This document shows positions 1-7,872 of a stretch of DNA of 11,485 bases, piece by piece. Positions within the stretch are counted from its first letter, which is position 1; every line of letters begins with the position of its first letter. The position numbers and the translations under genes are program-made. The DNA is from Octopus sinensis. Lineage: Eukaryota. The notes under the pieces are model-generated. The model worked only from the letters and a program-made list of their open reading frames with translations. It was not told the origin of the DNA and ran no database searches. Location: assembly GCF_006345805.1 (NCBI RefSeq), contig NW_021826979.1:1-11485 (forward strand), in the 5' to 3' direction.

Positions 1-158
1 ATATATATATATATATATTAATATATATATATATATATATATATATAGTAATGATATATATATCATATATATGCATATGTTGCATTGTATGTATGTATGT
101 ATGCATGTTGCATGCATGTTATGTATGTATGGAATGTATGTATGTATGTATGTATATG
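1..158. repeat. (TA)n running into degenerate (TATG)n microsatellite
   Basis: Direct reading of the sequence; explains the low-complexity ORF 71..265. Confidence 0.95.
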
Positions 159-188
159 TCTTCTCCACCTTTCTGTTTTTGTTTTTTT

Positions 189-224
189 TTAATTTGATTT
201 CTTGTACAAAGAATAAACTGGTTT
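189..224 (-). other. Candidate minus-strand exon start (KPVYSLYKKSN* in phase 0)
   Basis: Minus strand reads cctttgtttctttgtcag|AAACCA, with TACTAAC at 274-280. An intervening AG lies near 242-243, and no homology is recognised. Confidence 0.22.
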
Positions 225-286
225 CTGACAAAGAAACAAAGGCTCCAATTTCCAGATTCGGATAATAACAACAGTTAGTATCATAT

Positions 287-663
287 CTCTCTTTTCTCTT
301 TTACTCTTTTACTCTTTTACTTGTTTCAGTCATTTTACTGCGGCCATGCTGGAGCACCGCCTTTATTCTATCGGTCTCTTTTGCCGAACCACTAAGTGAC
401 GGCGACGTAAACACACCAGCATCGGTTGTCAAGCAATGCTAGGGGGACAAACACAGACACACAAACATACACACACATATAAATACATACATATATACGA
501 CGGGCTTCTTTCAGTTTCCGTCTACCAAATCCACTCACAAGGCTTTGGTCGGCCCGAGGCTATAGTAGAAGGCACTTGCCCAAGGTGCCACGCAGTGGGA
601 CTGAACCCGGAACCATGTGGTTGGTAAACAAGCTACTTACCACACAGCCACTCCTGCACCTAT
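287..663 (-). mobile_element. tRNA-derived SINE, family A, copy 1
   Basis: Minus-strand head ataggtgcaggagtggctgtgtgg (A-box-like) and ggttcagtccc (B-box-like); CORE-like ttgggcaag motif; internal CA/TA tract; (GAGTAAAA)-type tandem tail. Near-identical second copy at 3043-3417. Confidence 0.93.
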
Positions 664-687
664 GTTGAACTTCTTTTTTTTCTTTTT

Positions 688-909
688 AAGGCGGTGAGCT
701 GGCAGAATCGTTAGCACGCTGGGTAAAATACTTTGCAGTATCTCCTTCATCTTTACGTTCTCAGTTCAAATTCCGCCAAGGTTCGACATTGCCTTTCATC
801 CTTTCGGGGTCGATAAATTATAAAAACCAGTGAAACACTGAAGTCGGTGTAATCGAATGGTCCCCTCCCACGAAATTTCAGGCCTTGTACCTTTAGTAGA
901 AAGGATTAT
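688..909 (+). mobile_element. tRNA-derived SINE, family B, copy 1
   Basis: Head ggcggtgagctggcagaatcg (A box ~700-711), B box gttcaaattcc 764-774, body ctttcatcctttcggggtcgataa. Homologous inverted copy at 5355-5540. Confidence 0.9.
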
Positions 910-1004
910 CTGCTGAACTTTTGAAAAGTCTCGCATATTCTTACAGCTCTACTTTAAAATTATATCTGCAAAGTGCGTGTTAATTAGTTTTCTTTTTTCC
1001 TTAC

Positions 1005-1033
1005 CTGTAAGGCCTAGCTTCTCCAGGTGGTCC
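1005..1033 (-). other. Candidate 29-nt micro-exon (GPPGEARPY or DHLEKLGLT depending on phase)
   Basis: 17/29 GC in AT-rich flanks; strong donor CAG|GTAAGG; T-rich tract upstream, but the acceptor is the weaker AAG. Product not recognised. Confidence 0.35.
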
Positions 1034-1191
1034 CTTAAACATTTTACAAACAAAAACAAGTGTAAGAATAATTATTCGTATAAATGTGAATTTATTGTCA
1101 GAGTAGAGAGAGAATTTGTAGGTTTCGAAACAGTTGTCTATAGACATTCTCCTGGTTGACTTTGGAAGAAATGTTCACAGCTACAGACAAC

Positions 1192-1250
1192 GTTGGATTA
1201 ACCATTAAGCAAAATAAGCACGTGCTTAAGACATCAAAGGAAGGTGGGGG
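1192..1250. other. Palindrome-containing fragment, possibly the end of a non-autonomous hAT-type DNA transposon
   Basis: Perfect 14-bp palindrome taagcacgtgctta at 1215-1228. The context ggattaaccattaagcaaaataagcacgtgctta resembles hAT MITE termini as I recall them; no partner end found. Confidence 0.3.
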
Positions 1251-1318
1251 AAACTACAGAGATAGTAAATAGTTCACGGCACAAAAGAAATCACTTTAAA
1301 CTTGCTAAAATAATATTC

Positions 1319-1365
<47 letters not shown>

Positions 1366-1431
1366 TGATAGATAGTAGATAGATAGGTAGACAGCAGACA
1401 GGACAGATAGATGATAGATAGATAGATAGAT

Positions 1432-1490
<59 letters not shown>

Positions 1491-1504
1491 GTAGACAGAC
1501 AGAC

Positions 1505-1599
<95 letters not shown>
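1319..1599. repeat. (GATA)n microsatellite, ~280 bp, with GACA variants
   Basis: Direct reading; source of the three YLSI-type minus-strand ORFs. Confidence 0.98.
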
Positions 1600-1608
1600 A
1601 AAGAAAGA

Positions 1609-1652
1609 TACACACACACACACACATACACACCCACGTATCCACATATATA
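1609..1652. repeat. (CA)n / TA tract
   Basis: Direct reading. Confidence 0.9.
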
Positions 1653-2250
1653 CAAACGTAGCCTTTATGAGATAACGCTAATTTGAAATTGCTTCGTCGA
1701 CCACAATTGGTTGGCAATTCCAGCCTTTGTTTTAGATCTTTTCCTTTGGGAAGTCATTTTCCATTCCTATTAAGCTGGAAATTTTGTAGCGCTGCCACCT
1801 TTTATTGTAAAAAGACATTAAAACGGACGAACCTTTAAATCTTGCCATTTGATAAAGTTGACAGTTTCAATGAAACGAACGTTTGAATGGTCGTCTGCTT
1901 AAGATGGCAAACATTAGTCGGTGTTGTAGATATTTTGCATTCTCCTTTCTCTATGATTTTCTGATCCTTTGAACAGAGTTATTTTGATTAGCAAGCATCG
2001 TAGCGACAGCACCGGAACAAACACCGTACACCATTTCTCAAGTTATTCTATCTTCTGGAACAGCATTTATTGACCATGTTGTGCAGTTGAACAGTTTCAA
2101 TGTAAGATGGCGGAGACGGCATGCCAGATTATATGTTTTCTTCTGTTTTACATTCTAGAAGTATTTGACATAGCAAACAAATTGCACAATACTAATGACA
2201 ACTGCTCTGTTGTACACTTGCTATGCAAATAATTTATCTCTACTCCTTAC

Positions 2251-2302
2251 AATTCAATCCGTACTTCATGATGTACTTAGTCATATATTTTGCTTTATGG
2301 AA
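2251..2302 (-). other. Candidate 52-nt exon (FHKAKYMTKYIMKYGLN)
   Basis: Acceptor ttttcttttatttctattgtcag|TTC and donor AATT|GTAAGG; only one frame is open. No homology recognised. Confidence 0.33.
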
Positions 2303-2679
2303 CTGACAATAGAAATAAAAGAAAATTGATAGCTTTTCACAAGAACAATGTTTATTACAAAAACTATGACAAATTTCGCTCTAAAATAACAGCATCAGAA
2401 TACACTGCAAGTTAAATTACCATTTATCATAAGTTGCAACAAAACAATAGGGAGAAACATAAATCTTTGGTTTTCAGTCAAATGTAGGAAGGCATAGACC
2501 AGTAGAAAAGCCTAAGAAATAATTTATTTGTCATCTCTGATATATGAGGTCTAAAAGACAATTTAATTGATTTCCTCTGAATATACGAAGACTATGAGAG
2601 AGGTCAGTAGGTCACCTGTAAATATATGAAGTCTAAGAGACAGTCTAATTGATCGTGGTACGCATTCCAATGTGTATGG

Positions 2680-3042
2680 TGAGCTGCTGGTGCCAAACGT
2701 ATTTCTTCCTCGTGTAGTAATAGGTAATGCTGTGTATATTCTAGATGTGCGTTTGTGTCTCATTCGTATTGTGATAAGTGAACACGTGATGACAAAATAA
2801 TCTCAAACTTTTGAGCTGAACATTTCAACAACCTCCAGACAGCCAACATCTACCTCTGATCTCTGCCGTTTTCATCGTTCCACGTTCCCAAAGCAACCGT
2901 GGCCGTCAGTATCTTCAGTTCTCTGGGAATTTTGACATTACCTTCTGATAGATGCCTGATGACCCTGATTTTATTTTTACTGAAGTGAACAAACAACAAA
3001 AGATCCTTGGAAGTTCATCTTCATCAAATGATTCTATGAATA
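2680..3042 (+). mobile_element. Degraded RTE/BovB-like LINE ORF, 5' part (region upstream of RT)
   Basis: Frameshift-tolerant translation gives AVY, (W>stop)AEHFNNL at 2812-2835, DPDFIFTEVNK (cf. GPDGIPAEVYK) and LEVHLHQMIL*I (cf. LEKLHQLILKI). Left boundary approximate. Confidence 0.7.
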
Positions 3043-3417
3043 CTCTCTTTTTTTTACTCTTTTACTCTTTTACTTGTTTCAGTCATTTGACTGCGGCCAT
3101 GCTGGAGCACCGCCAGTACTTATTCTATCGGTCTCTTGTGCCGAACCGCTAAGTGACGGGGATTTAAACACACCAGCATCGGTTGTCAAGCAATGCTAGG
3201 GGGACAAACACAGACACAAACACATACACACACCACATATATATATACATATATACGACGGCTTCTTTTCAGTTTTTCCGTCTACCAATCCACTCACAAG
3301 GCATTGGTCGGCCCGACTATAGCAAAGACACTTGCCCAAGATGCACGCAGTGGACTGAACCCGGAACCATGTGGTTGATTAGCAAGCTACTTACCACACA
3401 GCCACTCCTGCGCCTAT
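3043..3417 (-). mobile_element. tRNA-derived SINE, family A, copy 2, inserted into the RTE/BovB-like LINE
   Basis: Aligns end to end with 287-663. The RTE reading resumes immediately after it (YETEH at ~3417). Confidence 0.93.
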
Positions 3418-4245
3418 ACGAGACCGAACATATATCTCTAACGAATCTAATGATTTCGATATTGTGACCATCTTCATATTAGATCTCTGTGGGGTTTATA
3501 GAAACTACAGTGAGATTTTTATTATCATCAACTGGTAAAACCTTGTCTCGAATACAGCTGCTTCGACTCAATCAAATTATCTGAACAAATCCTGCCGAAG
3601 TCCGAATGCCATTTCCATAGCGTGACGCAAATCACAAGAATTTTGCTGCCAGACAACTTCAAGAAAAGACAGCAGAACACCAGAACCTGATTTTTAAAAT
3701 CTTTTATGGTTTGGTTTAAAGTCTTTGACAAAGTGCTGAGATTGTTCTTATGAACATTTCTCCAGGAATCTTCAGAAATGTTTTTTTTATATCCAAACCT
3801 TTTTAACCAACTGTTTCAGTCATTTCACAATAATGTACAATGTCCAGTGTCACAACAAAGTGAACTTTCTCCTGAATTCGATGTCAGCGGTGATATTGTG
3901 GTATTAAAAAAAGGTTATATACTTGCATAAAACTTTAATCTATATAGACAGTTTTTAATCTATATAGACATGTTGATGATAATCAATTATGAATTACAGA
4001 TTGGAATTATTAATGCTACAATGGAGGACTTTTCAGCTTACGACGACTTAACTTGAAATCTTTATATCTACGGTTATGACCTGTAAGTTCAAATATTCCG
4101 ACGACATGGTTGGTTGTACCATCATTAACTCAAAATCGGATTTCAACAATTCACTTTCGATGCGTTCGTCCGCCATTTACGAGATGTTTGTTCTCACTGT
4201 TAGCACACACCAAAGACGAAGGCTCTCATTCTATATCTACTGAGA
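3418..4245 (+). mobile_element. Degraded RTE/BovB-like reverse transcriptase remnant
   Basis: Colinear motifs across frameshifts: IVTIF, NYSEIF(L)LSSTGKTLSRI, EQILPKSECHF, FAARQLQEK (3642-3668), SFHNNVQ, KKGYILA*..FNLY, GGLFSLRRL, YSDD (4094-4105), FVLTVS..KTKAL. Confidence 0.88.
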
Positions 4246-4299
4246 ACAGAATGAAGATCTCTTAAAATTATTCTCCATTCGATGAGGCTTCATCATTCA

Positions 4300-5049
4300 T
4301 TTATTTGTGGGCTATTTTGTCCTCTTTCTGTACTTTTGAATGATTTCTAACAAATAACTTTTCATACTTCATTGTGTTATTCTAAATGTCTGTTCAATAT
4401 CCTATCACTCATGTTTCTATTCCCTAAGTTGTTTCTGGTACAATACGTAAGTCAAATACTCTGCTATTCAGCATAATAATATGATAGCACTTAATTTTCT
4501 AAAAACACACTATTCACCTTGGATTTGACTTCCTCTCAACGACTATATTCCACTTTTATCATCTCCCTAAGTTAAAATATAATTTCAGTCGTTATAGTAT
4601 CATGGCTGATTTTGATGACTTCACACGTTACATGCTTGTTGATTTTGACTAGTGTTTTCTTCACATACATTTTTAGTTCCACCTTGTTGCTTCCACTGTA
4701 CAGTTCATTTAATATTTGTTCCAGTTCATGAATATCAGTTGAGAAGAGGACGATGTCGTCAACTAAGCGGAAATTACTTCAAAATTCACCAATTTTGCAT
4801 TTTTCATCCCAGTTAATCTTTTCAAAGATTAAATGTCATTCAGTGTAACATGAAAGAGCTTGATTGATATCACATCCTCTTGTGTAACACCTCTTTCAAT
4901 ACTGATGTATTCGTATTTAATGTGAGGTCTTAGAGATGACGTTTTCTGATTGTAGATTATTTTTAAAATTCTCTATGTAAGTTTGTATTCCCTATTTAGT
5001 AAGAACCTCGATCACAGCCGTGATTTCAATGTTATGGAATGTTTACTTA
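4300..5049 (-). mobile_element. Second RTE-clade (RTE-1-like) RT fragment, degraded
   Basis: Minus-strand translation with frameshifts: TFHNIEITAV, IERGVTQEDVISIKLF, RLVDDIVLF (4741-4770; cf. RFADDIVL), ELEQILNEL, GIETW, RITQ*SM. Confidence 0.9.
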
Positions 5050-5352
5050 TCTTTATATATAAAGCTGAAGTTGTCTCTGTGTGTGTGGCAGGTTTGGTAG
5101 CCTTCAACTAATACTATCTCCTCCGAGACCCCGCGGCGGAAGTTGACCAAAATTGAGAGTATGATAGAAGAAGGCTTGCTCTTCATTCCGTAGAAGAAAG
5201 GATTCAAATCGGACCATGTTAAGACCAAAAAATATTTACATCAAAAAGGTGCTTGTTTTCTATGAAATTCCCTATTTTTTACGATTTTTTTTACTGCTGT
5301 GACGCCATTTTTCGATGTATTTCACTTAAAGAGAATAACAAGCTATATAATG
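5050..5352 (+). mobile_element. Non-autonomous Helitron/Helentron-like (Lep1/HINE-like) element
   Basis: Starts A|TCTTTATATATAAAGCTGAAG, then a short TG tract, an atctcctccga...aaaattg subterminal motif and aaatcggacc. This layout recalls Lep1-type elements; the 3' end is not resolved. Confidence 0.55.
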
Positions 5353-5354
5353 CA

Positions 5355-5540
5355 ATATCGGAGGAGGGAGCTAGTCGTTTATATCAACTCCAATACTCAA
5401 CTGGTACTTATTTTATCCACCCCGAAAAGAATGAAGGGCTAAGACGACCTAAGCAGAATTTGAACTCAGAACGTAAAGATGGACGAAATTTAGATAAGCA
5501 TTTTGCTCGGATGCTAATGCTTCTACCAGCTCGCTGCCTT
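5355..5540 (-). mobile_element. tRNA-derived SINE, family B, copy 2 (diverged)
   Basis: Reverse complement aaggcagcgagctggtagaa...gagttcaaattc...ttcggggtggataaaataagtaccag aligns with 688-870. Confidence 0.88.
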
Positions 5541-5642
5541 TTACCGTTCGTATAAGTGTTAACCGCATTTAATAACCAACTGGTGATAGTTTTACTTCAC
5601 ATTTATTACATAATGAAAGCCTATAATCGATATATAACGTCG

Positions 5643-5808
5643 TGGTGATAGCGTGTTTATATCGCAACAATATAATAGTGATATCGTGATGATAAGGGTT
5701 AGGGTTAGTGCATTGATACTGCGATGATAACGGCTGATATCATAGTAATATCATGGTGATATCGTGTTGGTATCGCGCTGATAGCGTACTAGTAGTGTGG
5801 TGATATCC
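5643..5808. repeat. Degenerate 11-bp minisatellite, consensus TGGTGATATCG, ~15 units
   Basis: Units in register: tggtgatagcg 5643, tagtgatatcg 5676, tggtgatatcg 5754, tgttggtatcg 5765, cgctgatagcg 5776, tggtgatatcc 5798. Confidence 0.8.
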
Positions 5809-5879
5809 ATTATGGATATTCTAAGAATGTATTAAGTTGAATATATTATACCATCATGGTATCTGTTACACAATCAGGT

Positions 5880-6125
5880 ACACACTTACACATACGAACA
5901 CACACTTACGTACACGTTTATATAAACACATGCACAGATACATACACACATACACACATGCATATTCATAGGTAAATACACCAAAACACATACATAGTCA
6001 CAGTTAAATACACCAACACACGTACAGATACAATGCAAACATCCAGGCACATATATGGAGACATACTTACACATACATACATACATAGAGATACATGCAC
6101 TTATATACTTGTCTATATATATATC

Positions 6126-6163
<38 letters not shown>

Positions 6164-6167
6164 TATG

Positions 6168-6206
<39 letters not shown>

Positions 6207-6227
6207 ATATATATATTATATATATAT

Positions 6228-6272
<45 letters not shown>

Positions 6273-6435
6273 TACATAATATACGTAGACACATACATAC
6301 ATACATAGATACATAGATACATAGATACATACAGACATACATACATACAACATACATACATACTACATACATACATACATAATAATATGACATACATACA
6401 CACAATTACTCGTGCATATATACACAAGCTACACA
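5880..6435. repeat. Compound CA / (TA)n / TACA / TACATAGA microsatellite cluster
   Basis: Direct reading; explains ORFs 5886-6472. Confidence 0.95.
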
Positions 6436-6864
6436 AATACATAGACATCAAATTTAAAATAGTATGATTCACTGCGAAATTTTAATGGACGAGGAAAAAA
6501 AAAGCATCTTCACTTTGATTTAAATGTATATTTTGGGAAAATAAGAGTTTTGTTTCTTTTGTTGTTCTTTGATATGTCAACAAAATATTGACTGATATAA
6601 GCCGATCAGTTTTCTGTGAAATCTGAACAGAATCGAACAATTACGTGAAAGTAAACGCTTTGGAAAGGAAACAACGAGTAAGGAAAAAAAATTGATTTCC
6701 TCGGAAATGTTAAAATTGGAAAAATTCTTTGTTTTCTGTAACGCGTTTTTTCCTCTTCTTTCTTACTTTTTTTTTGTTTATTAACAAATGTTTGCCACTC
6801 CATCTATCCATCTATCCATCCATCCACCTACCTGTTGTCTCTGTTCATTCGACTACTAATGCTT

Positions 6865-6914
6865 TAAGGCAGTGCTCCAGCATGACCTCTGTCAAATGAG
6901 TAAAAACCAAAGAA
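6865..6914 (+). mobile_element. Isolated 3' tail fragment of family-A-type SINE
   Basis: aaggcagtgctccagcatgacctctgtcaaatgag matches the reverse complement of the family A tail (catttgactgcggccatgctggagcaccgcc). Confidence 0.75.
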
Positions 6915-7127
6915 ATTGTAATTGTCTATATCAATGACATTGCAGATTCCATTGAGCATAGTACCATTAAAATGTTTGCAGATGACTTTAAGCACCAGAA
7001 AGTTATTAAGGAAGCATATGATCGAACGATTTTTCAATCGGACCTATGCGCAGTAACCCAGTGGGCACAAAAAAAAAAAAACAATATGCAGTTGAACGAA
7101 GAAAGATTTGAGCTCATCCACTTTGGA
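6915..7127 (+). mobile_element. CR1-clade LINE RT fragment
   Basis: IVYINDIADSIEHSTIKMFADDFK...FQSDLCAVTQWA...NNMQLNEERFELIHFG, containing the FADD catalytic motif. Similarity stops abruptly at 7127. Confidence 0.9.
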
Positions 7128-7170
7128 TGTTGGTTTCCAGGAGACTCTGTCATCTGCTGTTCCATTCATT
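7128..7170 (+). repeat. 43-bp perfect direct repeat, copy 1
   Basis: tgttggtttccaggagactctgtcatctgctgttccattcatt, identical to 8905-8947. Confidence 0.97.
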
Positions 7171-7472
7171 ACGATCGTGAGGTTGTGAGTTCGATTCCCG
7201 GACCGGGCTGCTTGTTGTGTTCTTGAGCAAGACACTTTAATTCACGTTACTCCAGTTCACTCAACTGTAGAAATGAGTTGCGACGTCACAGGTGCCAAGC
7301 TGTATCGGCCCCTTTACCTTTCTCTTGGATAACATTGGAGGCATGGAGAGGGGAGACTGGTATGCATGGGAAACTGCTGGTCTTCCATAAAGAACATTGC
7401 CCGGACTTGTGCCTCGGAGGGTAACTTTCTAGGCGCAATCCCATGGTCATTCATGACCAAAGGGGGACACCC
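7171..7472 (+). mobile_element. tRNA-derived SINE, family C, 5'-truncated (no A box)
   Basis: B box gagttcgattccc at ~7188-7199, CORE-like ttgagcaagacact, terminal stem ggtcat-tc-atgacc near 7445-7458. Confidence 0.82.
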
Positions 7473-7491
7473 TAACATATATATATACATG

Positions 7492-7540
7492 TTTTTGTTT
7501 GTCCCCTCTGTGTTTAGCCCCTTGTGGGTAGTAAAGAAAT
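7492..7540 (+). mobile_element. 49-bp insert flanked by a 15-bp direct repeat; probable truncated retroposon 3' end
   Basis: atatatatatacatg occurs at 7477-7491 and 7541-7555; the insert ends taaagaaat. Confidence 0.5.
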
Positions 7541-7561
7541 ATATATATATACATGAAAGGG

Positions 7562-7628
7562 GTGTGTGTGTGTGTGTGTGGCGTGTGTGTGCGTGTGTGT
7601 GTGTGTGCTTGTGTGTGTGTGTGTGTGC

Positions 7629-7658
<30 letters not shown>
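7562..7658. repeat. (GT)n microsatellite
   Basis: Direct reading. Confidence 0.97.
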
Positions 7659-7660
<2 letters not shown>

Positions 7661-7789
7661 ACACACCTTGTCTTTTATTTTTCGCGTAATTCCTCTTTTC
7701 AAAGCCCTAAGTTTCCTTCAAACCTGTTTCGCGAAACAGTGAACATTGAACTCAACCCAAGAACACTTTCAATTCTTTGGCATCAACTC

Positions 7790-7872
7790 TCTTCCTTCTC
7801 CCCTGTCTTTCTTCGCCCCCTTCTCCTCCTTCTCTCCCTCGTCTCCCCCCCTCTCTCTCTCTCTCCCTCTTT
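7790..7872. repeat. Polypyrimidine (CT-rich) tract
   Basis: Direct reading. Confidence 0.9.

Noticed and set aside
597-663. tRNA genes at the SINE heads (also ~690-780, 3350-3417, 7171-7205)
   Set aside because: A/B-box-like motifs are present, but I see no complete cloverleaf and each continues into a SINE body.
1027-1061. Plus-strand exon candidate ctccag|GTGGT...AAGT|gtaaga
   Set aside because: It has two AGs shortly upstream of the acceptor and an AT-rich body, and it overlaps a better minus-strand candidate.
1274-1717. Long ORFs over microsatellite or low-complexity tracts (also 6033-6472, 7902-8946, 9053-9574, 10596-11140)
   Set aside because: They are translations of GATA, TA, CT/GA and trinucleotide repeats with no domain content.
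2640-2960. Apparent minus-strand APE-endonuclease-like words (HGCFG..NDENG..RHKR)
   Set aside because: The + strand gives a longer colinear RTE match that continues across the SINE, so the minus-strand resemblance is treated as chance.
3812-3825. 14-nt match tgtttcagtcattt to the SINE A tail
   Set aside because: It falls in frame within the RTE RT (LFQSFH), so it is most simply a coincidence.
5371-5375. CTAG|T as the Helitron 3' terminus
   Set aside because: The CTAG lies in sequence aligning to the SINE B tail (gactagctccctcc on minus), and no preceding hairpin is visible.
5695-5708. True interstitial telomere array
   Set aside because: Only about two TTAGGG-type units; kept as a detail of the minisatellite.
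6631-6677. Plus-strand exon candidate IEQLRESKRFGKETT with donor GTAAGG
   Set aside because: Mediocre acceptor, no partner exons and no recognised homology. It shows how easily such candidates arise by chance.
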